From the NCBI GenBank assembly GCA_964016885.1, contig OZ024743.1, positions 75,516,001 through 75,580,000 of the forward strand: a stretch of DNA of 64,000 bases, written 5' to 3'. The DNA is from Eledone cirrhosa (taxonomy: Eukaryota). Position numbers and translations under genes: made by a program. Shown here piece by piece: positions 37,171 to 50,427 of this stretch. How positions within the stretch are numbered: position 1 is the first letter of the stretch; each line of letters opens with the position of its first letter. Under the pieces are notes generated by a model. The model ran no database searches. It saw only the letters and a list, made by a program, of their open reading frames with translations, and was not told the origin of the DNA.

Positions 37171-37799
37171 GAAATGTTGCAGTCAACCACCAATTCTACT
37201 GACTATATAACCACCTCTTAATATTAGTATTTTCTTTTACAATATTTCTGTAGTTGCTTGAGTTTAGACATTGGTCTTGTCCAGAATTAGACCTTGTTTT
37301 TACTTTTAGCCCAGAGTTTTTGAGCCATTGTTGGTTTACAATTTAGTCAACTTCTTGCAGAACATTGGCCATAAAGAAGTTTTTCTCTTGTCTATCTTCA
37401 GGATGTTTTAGAAATCTGCTTTGATGCTGTTTGTCTTTATCTAAAATTTTTCATTTCAGTGAAGTTAATTTCTTCATTCCATTTCTCTGTTTCCTTATTT
37501 ATAAAGAAAAGACTTCTTTCCTGTTTCTATATTATACTTATTGTTGTTATTATTATTCGGGTGATGGATTGTCAGAATCGGTAGAATGTCAGACACCATG
37601 CTTTGCAGCATAGGGTTACGGCTATTAAACGCTGTGAGTTCAAATCCTGCCAAGGTTAGCTTTGCCTTTCATCTTTACGGGGTTGATAAAATAAAGTACC
37701 AGTAATGCACTGGGGTCGATTTAATCAACATTCTCCTTCCCCAAAATTGCTAGGTTTCTACCTAAATCAGAAACCCTTATTACTATTTGACTATTTATC

Positions 37800-38028
37800 A
37801 CTACCAACTTTGATGTTGCTCTAGGTCAGTTATTTTAGGGAATATCGGGGTACAACTTGTAACCTAGAGTAACTCCATCTGTTTATATCATTCCTTGTCA
37901 TTTCATTACTGCTGGTAGTCCAGAACTTCAATATTTGGGCTGATCCTCCTGTAGACATGAATTCTGGAGCAATCCCTGGTGTAAAGTCTATCTTCGACAG
38001 ATAGTTTTCAAGGTCTTTTGTCACAATC
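37800..38028 (-). mobile_element. Degenerate 3' end of an RLE-type (R4/NeSL-like) non-LTR element
   Basis: IVTKDLENYLSKIDF.. then, across frameshifts, LQNSCL..GSAQILK, resembling the LQKxxLLGSARILR C-terminus. Confidence 0.55.
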
Positions 38029-38296
38029 ATCATCATCATCATCATCATTATGTTGTTGCAAAGATTTATATATTCTCTCTTTGAAAACCCTCAAAATTAT
38101 TTTAAAGAGCAAAATTATGAATATATATATATATATATCAGGATTTAACCAGTACTAAACTAGTAAGACCATTATTCAACAGAGTATTTGATACTTGGGA
38201 TAGTAGAGTGTGAATATATTAGAAATGTCAGGTTCCAATGGCGGAGCTCTTTCTGTTTCTACAGCTAATTCTAGTATATATGTACATATACATATA

Positions 38297-38912
38297 TCAT
38301 CATCATCATCGTTTTACGTCCACTTTTCCCTGCTTGCAAGAGTGGGACGGGAACTGATTCTGGCTTGATTTCTACAGCTGGATGCCCTTCCTAACACCAA
38401 CCTCATTTACTGTGAGTGCTGGGTGCTTTTTTGCCGTGGCACCTCCACAACCACTTTGCAGTGGAATGATAGGGACCCCAGTCCTTATCATCTCATTTCT
38501 ACAGCTGAGTAAACTGGAGCAATGTGAAATAAAGTGTCTTGCTCAAGGAAACAACACATCACCTGGTCTGAGAATTGAACTCACAACCTTTCGATTGCAA
38601 GGACAATGCTCTAACCACTAAGCCATGTGCCTCCATTCTCAGACCGGGTGATGTGTTGTTTCCTTGAGCAAGACACTTTATTTCACATTGCTCCAGTTTA
38701 TTCAGCTGTAGAAATGAGATAATAGGGACTAGTGTCCATATCATTCCACTGCAAAATGGTCGTAGGGGTGCCATGGTAAAAAAGCACTCAGCACTCACTG
38801 TAAATGAGGTTGGTGTTAGGAAGGGCATCCAGCTGTAGAAATCAAGCCAGAATCAGTTCCCGTCCCACCCTTGCAAGCAGGGAAAAGTGGACGTAAAATG
38901 ATGATGATGATG
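38297..38912. mobile_element. Head-to-head inverted SINE pair: full-length minus copy (38297-38634) and 5'-truncated plus copy (38635-38912)
   Basis: Arms 38297-38575 and 38635-38912 are reverse complements; the loop is the tRNA head (TGGCTTAGTGGTTAGAGC..GAGTTCAATTC on minus). Confidence 0.92.
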
Positions 38913-39220
38913 AAAATGATATACACATACATATATATATATATATGTATGTATACACTAATTGTACCGTAAGCTGATCAATCGCGAAATGTACGTCACA
39001 CCTGAATAAACTTAATGATGATACTTTGACACCTCGTTCCTACTCATTGGCAGTATCGGTAGAGGGTCGGACGCCATGCTTTCCAGCATAGTTACGTCCC
39101 TTTACGATCTGAGTTCAAATCCCGCTGAGGTTGACTTTGCCTTTCATCCTTACGGAGTTGATAAAATAAAGTACCAGTAATGCACTGGGTATTTGCTGGC
39201 CTTGTGCCTAAAGTAGAAAC

Positions 39221-39289
<69 letters not shown>

Positions 39290-39597
39290 GATGCACATCC
39301 ACAAACATACATACATATGATGATGGATCTCTCGTCTGAGAACAATGTAGGAACCTTCAGTTGTTCGATCAACCAAACAACCTACTTACTTAACTACTGA
39401 GCAAAGTGGTTGAGTATTCCACAGACATGTGTACCCTTAATGTAATTCTCAGGGAGATTCAGCATAACAAAATATGTGACAAGGCTGCATCTTTGAATAA
39501 CAGGTACAGACCATGTGACATATTTCTGTACAGTTTCTGTCTACCCAATTCCACTCCCAAGACTTGGTAAGGAACACATGCCCAACATCCTATGTAG

Positions 39598-39800
39598 TGA
39601 GACTAGACATAGGACCAGATGTGGGACCAGTCGTAGACGAGATGTGGGAACCAGTCGTAAGACCAGTCAGAGACCACCAGATGTGGAACCAGTCGTAGGA
39701 CCAGACGTGGGACTAGACGTGACCAGACATAGGACCAGATGTGGGACCAGTCGTAGGACCAGTCTGGGACCACCAGATGTGAGACCAGATGTGGGACTTC
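39598..39800. repeat. Irregular GC-richer short repeat (GGACCAGATGTGGGACCAGTCGTA variants)
   Basis: Repeated ACCAG/GATGTGGG modules. Confidence 0.75.
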
Positions 39801-40358
39801 CTGACTGAGAAATGAACCTGTTAGCTACATGGCCATTCCTGTGTATGTGGGCTCTGTAAACTACAGTGAAGGCAATCCATCTCGGAGAGCAATCTCTTTG
39901 GTGGCACAATATAATGCACAATATAGTTCATGCTTCAAAGTGGTGGTAGGTCAGCCACGACTAACACAATATACAGTATTATTAGTTTTCCAAAAGTAAA
40001 TTGGCTCCATCATTCTCATTCCCACTTTCCTCCTCCTCCTCTCTCTTTATCCAGCCGTAGAAAACCTGCCAGATAGTCCTATACGAGCGAGACACGGTCA
40101 CCCGACCAATCTTGCCTCAAGTGGGACAACTCCCGTCTAACCCATGCTAGCGTGGAAGATAGACATTAAACGATGATGATGATGATGATGATGAAGATGA
40201 TGATATACATATATACTCCTCTCATTTCTCATATCATGCTTTAGACTCTCTTCCATTCTTCCGCTCAATATGAGGTTATATTTTAACCCAACTTTTTGCT
40301 ATGTACATAGCAACTGGCTGTTTACAGCTACTTCTGTGTTGAGATTCCTACAATTTTA

Positions 40359-40395
<37 letters not shown>

Positions 40396-40639
40396 CACAG
40401 TCCACACTGTAATGTGCCGTGTAGGTAAAAAGCTCCCAGTCCACACTGTAAATGTGGTTGGTGTTAGGAAGGGCATCCAGCCGTAGAAAACCTGCCAGAT
40501 AGTCCTATATGAGCGAGACACGGTCACCCGACCAATCTTGCCGCAAGTGGGACAATTCCCGTCTAAACCCATGCTAGCATGGAAGATAGACGTTAAACGA
40601 TGATGATGATGATGATGATGATGATATATATATATATAC

Positions 40640-42466
40640 ATATATATTGCATGAAAAACAGAAGAAATATTCTCGTGAGAAACATATCTATAGAGAAAAA
40701 TAGTTATTAACTAATTTGGTCAAACAGGTTTATAAAAACATATTTTCAATAAATAGAGAAAAAAATGAAAGGTGTGTATGTCTGTGTGTATATGTATGTG
40801 TTTGTATGTGTGTGTGCATATGTATGTGTTTGTGTGTATGACAAAGAGAGGGAGAGAAAGCAAAGATTGAAAGATCTATATAAGTCAATGGTTGGTTGAC
40901 TAAGATTTAAGAATCAATTATGCAAAGATAACAAGATAAGCTGATGTATAAAAAGATAAATGCATTTTCAAATAAGAAATTACAAAACAAGAATAGATCA
41001 AAATAAGGTATAAATATTTTTTTGTTCTTTAATATTACTAATTTGCTAGTGTATGTTCGTTTGTATTATTGTTGCTGTTGTTGTTGTATAAGATATTGAG
41101 AGATTAGTGGTAGATAACAACAAGGAAGATGAGAAGAATGTGTAATAGAATGGTAACAAATAGTTGAGTGATTGACTGAAGGACTGATAAAGAATAGGAA
41201 TCGATATGAGTGAGATTCCTTTAAAGTTTAGTACAGATTTTGAGCAAATATTTGAGGCAAACTCAAAGATGAGTTTGATTTTGTTTTTTCTTTCTGCGTT
41301 CATTTTTGCTCTCTAGCAGTTTAAAAATACACGTTAATGCTGAGTAAGGGATGGTCATTTAGATCAAAGTCACTTGATGAAAAAGGCAACCAGTTAAAAA
41401 TCTGTGAACATCACACATACAAACACACACACGCATGCATCCATGCATGCACATACAAATGAACACACACACACACATATACATGCATAGACTATGCAAT
41501 TGGGATGAAAACCGGCAATGCACAATTCTTCTATTGTAGAAGACATTTGCATGGAATGCAGGAAATGTTGAAATAATGAAACAACTATAATAGGAGACCA
41601 AAGATAGGTTTTTTTCAGGGGTCCCTTTAAACCTCTTCTTTGTTAATCTATTCATGAACATTTATTAGGTGTTGACCTTTATGTAACAAACAGCTTCTTG
41701 TGGAATTAAGATGACATATTCTGAATTGAGATAGAGATAAGAGGAGAGAGAATGGAGGAGAATAGAGAAAAGGGGCCAGGAAGGAGAGAGTGATTTAGAT
41801 CTCCCAATATAATATGTCTCCCTAATAAATATTTTGTTGCATTTGTTATGTGCTTTTTTGTAGGTTAATAAATTAATGGATTTTTAAAAAAAATGAAATA
41901 AAAAAATAAATGTAAATAAATTTCATATAATCATAAAAAACAAAACAAAATTTAACTCATAATGATGACATTAAATCACACACACAAACGCACGCACACA
42001 CACACATACACACATGCACACACTGAGATTTCTTTTCTTTTTTCAGGAATGAGAGAAAAAAAAGACAAACAAAATAAAATTTTAAATAAATAAGTACAAA
42101 AAATGGAAATGGAAATTGGTATGGAAAGATCATCACTTGAAGAAGTTTGTAAAGATTCCTGCTGAGTGGTGGAGAGGAGGAGTGATAAGTTAAAAAAAAG
42201 AAAGAATCCAACAACAACAACAGAAGCTGTGTCCCTCATCATTATTATTATTGTCCTTTAGTTCCAACAGCAACATTCCTTGTCCACCGGAAATTACAGT
42301 GATGTTATATGGTTGTATGTAGCAATACATACTGAATGGAGCTAATGTAGACATCATATTGCACAACAGCTGCCAAATGTCTGATTCTGGAACTTCATGG
42401 AAGGAGCTTTTAATCAACTAGTAATTTTTTAAAGTCCATTTCTGTTCATAGTTTATTTGGGAATGG
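40640..42466 (-). other. Probable FBXO45 3' UTR / downstream unique region (end not defined)
   Basis: Transposon-poor, U-rich on minus, directly after the stop codon; minus-strand AATAAA at about 41661. Confidence 0.45.
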
Positions 42467-42576
42467 TCAACCATCAAGAGGTGGCCCTAAATATACCATA
42501 GAGACTTCTGTTTTACCATATACAGCAGAAACTGCAGGGTATAAAGGGGTATTTGGTAGGCCACGAAAAGCAACAC
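42467..42576 (-). CDS. FBXO45: F-box/SPRY domain protein 1, last coding exon: (G)[35 protein letters not shown]
   Basis: ttttgcttgtag| acceptor, phase 1, TGA at 42467-42469; peptide closely matches the conserved FBXO45/Fsn C-terminus ([30 protein letters not shown]). Confidence 0.95.
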
Positions 42577-42639
42577 CTACAAGCAAAATAAAAGATTTTC
42601 ATTACTAGCTTTATGCATATTCATAAATATATACTTTAC

Positions 42640-42820
42640 ATACAGATATATATTTTACATACAGACAAATATATAGTTTACATACAGACAAATATATAGT
42701 TTACATACAGATATATAGTTTACATACAGACAAATATATAGTTTACATACAGATAAATATATAGTTTAAATACAGATAAAAATATAGTTTAAATACAGAT
42801 AAATATATAGTTTACATACA
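42640..42820. repeat. ~23-bp minisatellite (ATATATAGTTTACATACAGACAA) just upstream of the FBXO45 last acceptor
   Basis: Direct tandem units seen. Confidence 0.85.
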
Positions 42821-42821
42821 G

Positions 42822-44155
42822 GTTAAGAGGAATCTGAGGTGGTGTTCAGGAGAAAAGACTGTGTTGGTAGGGACAAGTGATGATAAATGAGGGTAGAAGT
42901 GCCAGGAAATACCAGTAGAAAGAAGTCGCAATTGAGGTAGACCAAGAAAGACCTGGGTAGAGGTAGTGTGCAGGAGAGAAGACTGCGTTTGTATTGGCAT
43001 GTGATGTGCAAAGATGATTGATGGGTGAAGGAGTGCCAAAAAATCCCAGTTGTAGGAAGCCACAGTAGAGGTAGACCAAGACCTGGGCAGAGGTGGTGAG
43101 AGCTGGCCTCAAATCACTGAGATTCACAGAGGAGATGATGAAGGAACACGACAAGTGGAAAGAAGCTGTGCTGAGAAGAACCCATCCAACCCATGTGAGT
43201 GTGGAAAAATGGACATAAAATGATGATGACACATAAAAGAATTATAGGGAGAAAGTTAATGAGTGAGAAAGAGAGGTATTAAGTTACTACCTTTCATTCA
43301 TGAATCTTTGGTAAAAAATAAAATAACAGGAAAATTCTTTAATCAATTTAATATTGAACTATTCATATTTGCCAGCATCATGTTTGGTTAGTAAAGAAAG
43401 ACGATATAAGAATACATTGTCCAACATATCCTTTTATATTAACCTGTTGACTGTCATGTATATTTTACACAGCTACAGTTGCTGTGCTGTTTTCTTTTTC
43501 AGTAAAATGACTATTTTTTAAAACACATTTATTAACAACTGAGAGAAAGACTGAGCATAAGAGGAATCAAATGCTGTGTGCAGGAGAGGAGGCTGTGTTG
43601 GTATGGACATGTGATGCGTATGAAGGATGACAGCTGCATAAAAAGGTGCAGAGCGCTAGAAGTCAATGGAAGACCTGGGATGAGGTGATAAAAGCTGACC
43701 TTACCCAATTGCACTCCTCAAGGGCGATGACACACGACCGTGACCTCTGGCGTGACGCAGTAACACAGAAGACCCGACTTCCCACAGGTACAAGCCGAAG
43801 CTGAAGCATATAGACAATATGCCCCCACACCCTCCCACTACAAAGTGGTCATGGAGGTGCCACGGCAAAAAAGCATCCAGCCCACACTGTAAAGTAGGCG
43901 TGTAGGCGCCATGGCAAAAAAACACCCAGCCGGCACTGTAAAGTGGACATGTAGGCGCAACGGAAAAAAAGCTCCCAGCACTCACTGTAAATGAGGTTGA
44001 TGTTAGGAAGGGATTCCAGCTGTAGAAATCAAGCCAGAATCAGTTCCCGTACGAGCAAGACGAGGTCAGCCGACTGGACACTGCTCACAACAGGACAACC
44101 GTCTAACCCATGATAGCATGGAAGAACGGACGTAAAACGGTGATGATGATGATGG
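42822..44155 (+). mobile_element. RTE 3' fragments (42822-43230; 43535-44155) in FBXO45 last intron
   Basis: RRLxWYGHVMRM-type coding remnants; 43535-44155 is colinear with 3780-4300. Confidence 0.82.
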
Positions 44156-44714
44156 CATATCTGAATGATTGACAAACGTCACATCAATAAACTAGTAACC
44201 CCATCTATCTTTGAAGTTATAAACTGTTGGATAAAGAGTTCAAACATGTTAGGACGAGGTATCTCTTCTGTGGCACTGAAGATGTTTAAAACACTAACAG
44301 TGAGAATACCAGACAGCTGTTTCTGGATTTTTTTGGACCACTAGATCACTAGACCAGTAAGTATATTATTAACTTGGCCATAGTAAATCATAAAGCAGGT
44401 TCTGCAAGATTTCTCCAAAATGTCCCCATATTTTTCTTTGCTGTGATGCAATCAAGAAACCATTTTAGCTCAGTTCAAGATGTTGCACAGAACTTCCAGA
44501 TATTTTATCCTTGATATGCATAGGTGGAAAACTGGCAAAGTTATTAGAATGTTAAATTAAATGACTCACAGTATTTGTTTCAGCTCTTTGTGTTCTGAGT
44601 TCAAATCTTGCCAAAGTCAACTTTGCCTTTTGTTCTTTTGGAGTCATCATCATCATTATGGTTTAACGTCCATTTGGTTGTGGTTTGATGGAATTGTTAG
44701 AGCATCAGACATAA

Positions 44715-44758
<44 letters not shown>

Positions 44759-44791
44759 TATAGACATTATGTCTGACACTCTAACAATTCC

Positions 44792-44822
<31 letters not shown>

Positions 44823-45307
44823 TACCTTCTTCGTCCACTTATCTCTGAGAGGTAATGAGGAGCAGACTCCTCAAACACTCCTTCTAGCAGGTCCTGTCTC
44901 CAACTGATCTGGCTGGATCCCCAAGCGAGACTAGGCAAGCTCATGGATACTATCCAACCATCTTGCCCGGGGGCTACCCCTGGGTCTCCTGCCATTTGGT
45001 TTTGCCAGTAAAATCTATCCAGTGATTCTTTCCTGTGACATTCTAGCCTTATGCCCATAGTATTGGAACAGTAACCTCTCAATTCGGAGAAGCAACGGCT
45101 CTATCTGCAGTGACTGATCTGTAAGCTAAGCACTCTATTGAGTAATATTACTCCAAAGACCCTACAGAAGAATCCCATTCTAACCCTATGACCATAGTAT
45201 CAGAGCTGTGATCTCTCAATTCAGAGAAGTAACAGCTCTACGTGGAGTGACCCTTTGATCCCTGAGTAACGTTACTCCAAAGACACATATATATGAAAAG
45301 TATTTAC

Positions 45308-45383
45308 CTAGAAATTCATAATTTTTTTCAAAGGCTAATGTATTATCTTCACAGTCCAATATAACTCGTATTCTTTCGCCAAC
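45308..45383 (-). CDS. FBXO45: F-box/SPRY domain protein 1, penultimate coding exon: [25 protein letters not shown](G)
   Basis: tattctttcag| acceptor, 76 nt, G|gtaaat donor; splices in frame to 42576; matches FBXO45 [20 protein letters not shown]. Confidence 0.95.
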
Positions 45384-45514
45384 CTGAAAGAATAAAAATA
45401 AACAATATAGATTTAAAGCAATATATTCGTGTTATAAATACAAGGAAATACTAAATATGTCGCAGCTGAGACTTAGTTATAGTCAAGGTGTAAAAGATAC
45501 AACAACAACAGCAG

Positions 45515-46520
45515 CAATAAGGGTTTCTAATTTACGTACAAGGCCAGCAATTTGAAGAGGGGAAAGTCGATTATATCAACCCCAGTATTTGATTGGTACT
45601 ATATTTTATCAGCTCCAGAGGGATGAAAGGCAAAACTGAACATGTTGGGATTTGAACTCAAAATGAAAAGAGATGTAACTAACTCAGTGAGAAGAAATAC
45701 TGAAAACCATTCTACCTGACATTCTAATCATCATCATCATCATCGTTTAATGTCTATCTTCCATGCTAGCATGGGTTTAGATGGGAGTTGTCCCACTTGA
45801 GGCAAGATTGGTCGTCTCGCTTGTATAGGACTGTCTGGCAGGTTTTCTACGGCTGGATGCCCTTCCTAACACCAACCACGTTTACAGTGTGGACTGGGAG
45901 GTTTTTACCGTGTTACCTACATGGCCACATTAAAGCGTGGACTGTGTGTTTTTTTTGTCGTGACACCTACATGACCTCATTTATTTAGGACTGGATGTTG
46001 TGGTACCAACATAACTTTACAGAGAAAGGGGTGGTGTTGATGGGGTGGGGGAGTTGGGGGTAGTGGGAGGGGGTGTATATTTGATTAAGAGGTGCCTACT
46101 GACTAGGTTTCGCTTTGTACTTAGGCAAGGCAGGTTTTCTGTATTACTGCGTAGCGCCAAATATCTCGGTCCAGTGGCTTTACCAATTCACTACCTTCCT
46201 AATAATAAATAATAATTGTTTCTACGTTTGGCACAAGGCCAGCAATTATCCAGTGCATTACTGGTACTTTATTTTATCGACCCTGTAAGGATGAAAGGCA
46301 AAGTTAACCTCGGCGGGATTTGAACTCAGAATGGCAAGGGCCGTAACTCTATACGTCAAAGCATAATAATAAATAATAATTGTTTCTACTTTAAGCACAA
46401 GGCCAGCAATTACCCAGTGCATTACTGGTACTTTATTTTATCGACCCCGTAAGGATGAAAGGCAAAGTCAACCTTGGCGGGATTTGAACTCAGATGCTGG
46501 AAAGCATGGCGTCCGACATA
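45515..46520 (-). mobile_element. Cluster of minus-strand SINE and RTE-tail copies
   Basis: Reverse complements of the families above at 45520-45720, 45727-46175, 46215-46365, 46378-46520. Confidence 0.8.
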
Positions 46521-48727
46521 ATAATGGTCTCTGATTTAGGCAGAAGTCGATTAAATTTTCCACAGGTAGATATAAATATGATGCTTCCTTTATTGGAAGT
46601 GGGGTATAATTCAATCTCAGCCATATTTATATGAGTAGGACACTGCTCTCTCCACGTCTCTCTCGATATTGAATTCCTGTGTTGTCTTTAGAGAGGTGGA
46701 GTAGTGTGGTCTAGTGGTAAGGGTGTTGGACTTGCAATCATAATGTCGTGGGCTTGATTCCTGAGCTAGGTTGTATGTTGTGTTCTTGAGCAAAACATTT
46801 CATTTCACAAAACATTTCCAGTATACTCAGCTGAAAATTGAGTACCAGCAATAGCTGGGGGTTTAACCCTGCAATGGACTGACATCCTGTCCAGGGGGAA
46901 GTCTTGTACTTTCAGTCGCTTCACATCATGAAACCAGTATAATCATCAGCCTAACGAGCCTTCTGACTTGAGACAAACTTTAGAATTATATTGTCTTTAG
47001 AGAATCTACAACTCTGGCTATTCACTACCAAGTTGCAATGAATGAAAAGTCATTCTTAAATGGTGATTCAGTACAGAGGAGAGAATATTCCTTAGACTGT
47101 TGTCTCTCTCTTGTAAAATACTCAACAATATAACAAAAAATATTTAGTTTGTGTATTTATTTTTAATCAGTAAATTTTGCCTTTATTTCCTCTATAACCA
47201 TAGATGTTCTTCTTAAAGTCTGTACAAGATATAAATTAACTGGTTAAAAATAGATGCAGGAAATAACTAAAAAGAAATTTTGTTAATTAACAATTAACAA
47301 TTGTTGATTATTTTACAAGAAAAAGAGAGAACAAACTAGCAAATATTCTCTTCTTTGTAAAAAATATCATTCATTTTCATCATCACTATCAGTTTCTGGT
47401 ACTATAGACATGTGATTAGAATGTCTAAGGAAAGAATCACAGGCCATATTTTATGGGCAAAACCAACTGGAAGGACCCAAAAGTAAACCACGAGAAAGAT
47501 GGTTGGGTAACATCTCTAAGTTTGGTTGGTCTTGTTTGGGTGATCCAGTTGTATCATTTGGTGACGGTTGCTTGTGAGGACTCTGCAACCACGACCCTCT
47601 AGGGCTATCAGTTATATGCCTGTTTTCCTGTTTGCATGAGTTGGATCAGATATTTTGCAGTAGAATTCAATAGCCAGGTGGTCATCCTGAGGCCAACATT
47701 CACATTTTTTAAAAAGTCAATTGCTGAACATCAGGACCTCTGTTTATGCACAACACAAACAAATAACACCACCTGTAACATTGAATACAAAGAAAAAATA
47801 GACAAAATCACACATGTACCCTCACATACAGTGAGAGCTTTGTTATAAGTTCTGTGATCCAAATCCACTTACAAAGCATTGGTCATCCCAAGGCACTTGT
47901 AAAAGATACTTGCCCAAGATGCCATACTGTGGAATAAAACCCAAGGTACCATATGGTTACAAAGATAACTGTTTAACCACTCAGCCATACCTGAAATCCC
48001 TTCTCATATAAACAAATGCTCTCAAAACAAATGCTTACATGAACCAATGTTGCTTTCAACCAAGAAATTTAGTTTTATATAAAATATATGATGTTTCTTC
48101 TCACTGGAAAATGAATTGTAAATTAACAATGAATCATAATCTTGAAATATTTCAAAATTAAATAATAAAAACAACAAGCAAAGTGTTAGAAACATTTTAC
48201 CATAGTTCATGGTTAGTACATCTAAAACCTTAAGATATAAATCATAATAATGGTTTCTGATTTAGGCACAAGGCCAGCAATTTAAAGGGGGAGGGGAAAA
48301 TTGATTAAATTGACTCCAGTGTGTTACTGGTACTTTATTATCGACCATGTAAGGATGAAAGGCAAAGTTAACCTGGACAGGATTTTAATTTAGAATGTAA
48401 AGGGCCGTAATTCTATGCTGCAAAGCATGGTGTCTGTCGCTCTACCAATTCTGCTAATCTTTGACTAATATTGATCTTAATTTGTAACCAACTAGTAACA
48501 TTTTTAGTATCAAACTACCAGAAATTGACCTCAGTTCTAAGATACAAAGCTTTGTTTTCGACATTGTCTCACCATATTTCTCATGAAACACACTGCTCAT
48601 GATTTTCAAATAATTTTGAAGACAACCAAGAATTTGGAAGGAAGCAGGTATTTATCCAAGATTTGGTAATCAGAAGAAGGGAGGTAGGTGTAAAAGCCAA
48701 ACTCGCTATCTCAACAAAAGGATGATC

Positions 48728-49813
48728 AGTATGGTGTGGTATGGATGGTGTGGTATGGTGTGGTATGGTATGGTATGGGATGGTATGGTGTGGTGTGGTA
48801 TGTTATGGTATGGTATGGTATGTTATGGTATGGTATGGGATGGTGTGGTATGGGATAGTATGGTATGGTATGGTATGGTGTTGTATGGTATGGGATGGTG
48901 TGGTATGGTGTGGGATGGTGTGGTATGGTATGGGAAGGTATGGTGTGGTATGGGATGGTATAGTATGGGATGGTATGGTATGGGATGGTGTGGTATAGTA
49001 TGGTATGGTATGGTATGGGATGGTGTGGTATGGTGTGGGATGGTGTGGTATGGTGTGGGATGGTGTGGTATGGGAAGGTATGGTGTGGTATGGGATGGTA
49101 TAGTATGGGAGGTATGGGATGGGATGGTATGGTATGGTGTGGTATGGAATGGTATGGGATGGTATGGTGTGGTATGGTATGGAATGGTATGGGATGGTAT
49201 GGTGTGGTATGGTGTGGTATGGGATGGTATGGTATGGTATGGGATGGTATGGTATAGTAAGGTATGGTGTGGTAAGGTGTGGTAAGGTATGGTATGTTAT
49301 GGTATGGTGTGGTAAGGTATGGTAAGGTATGGTATGGTGAGGTATGGTATGTTATGGTATGGTATGATATGGTATGGTAAGGTATAGAGTGGTAAGGTAT
49401 GGTATGGTAAGGTATGGTAAGGTATGGTATGGTGTGGTAAGGTAAGGTATGGTATGGTGTGGTAAGGTATGGTATGGTGTGGTAAGGTATGGTATGGTAA
49501 GGTATGGTAAGGTATGGTATGGTGTGGTATGGTATGGTAAGGTATGGTATGGTGTGGTAAGGTATGGTATGGTGTGGTAAGGTATGGTATGGTATGGTAA
49601 GGTATGGTATGGTAAGGTATGGTATGGTGTGGTAAGGTATGGTGTGGTAAGGTATGGTATGGTGTGGTAAGGTAAGGTATGGTGTGGTAAGGTAAGGTAT
49701 GGTGTGGTAAGGTAAGGTATGGTATGGTAAGGTATTATATGGGATGATATGGTATGGTAAGGTGTGGTAAGGTATGATAAGGTAAGGTGTGGTAAGGTAT
49801 GGTATGGTATGGT
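48728..49813. repeat. Pentanucleotide microsatellite (GGTAT)n with GGTGT/GGGAT/GGTAA variants
   Basis: Direct; the ORFs in several frames are repeat artefacts. Confidence 0.97.
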
Positions 49814-50427
49814 CCCTTAACATATAAGGGAGTTGGTAAAGTGCTGTAGTGACAGCATTTCTAGGACATTTTTAAAACCTGGCAGAACATATCTCCTCTC
49901 CAGGTCTGAATACAGCAGATTTCTTCCAGAGAAAGATAAAGAGTTAGAGAAAGGAAGTGAGAAAGAGATATAAAGGTAGAATCAATCCCAGTACATGACT
50001 GGTACCTCTTTTTATCAACCTTGAATGAATGAAAGGCAAAGTTAAATCATATATAATGACTGATATTAGAATATACATCAGCCTTGAAGACAGTGGTTTA
50101 TAGAATATGAAACAACAACAAAATGTAAATAGTTACAGATAGTCTGTTTACAGCAATCACAGGTATTTATTTATACCAAATTATTTTTTGAAGAATATCA
50201 AATGGCACATGAAAAGATTTGAGATGACCTATAATTAGTTTAGGCTTCTTAGACAATGTAAACATTACAAACAGAAAACAACCCTCCAAACAATATATAA
50301 ACACCCTTCTACAGATCTGGAGTGAAATTCTGATCAAAGAAGACACGACAGAATAACATGTCATTGGAGTGTATAAAATATACAAGAAGATTACTAACAC
50401 AGTTTCTAAGATGTCTTAAGTTAAAAA

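Noticed and set aside
38575-38634. tRNA gene
   Set aside because: tRNA-like head continues into a SINE body; no complete acceptor stem. The same holds at 26535 and 46693.
41046-42417. Short minus-strand ORFs downstream of FBXO45
   Set aside because: Low-complexity AT-rich sequence consistent with 3' UTR; no motifs.
48722-49823. 365-aa HTIPY and MVWYG repeat ORFs
   Set aside because: Pentanucleotide microsatellite open in several frames.
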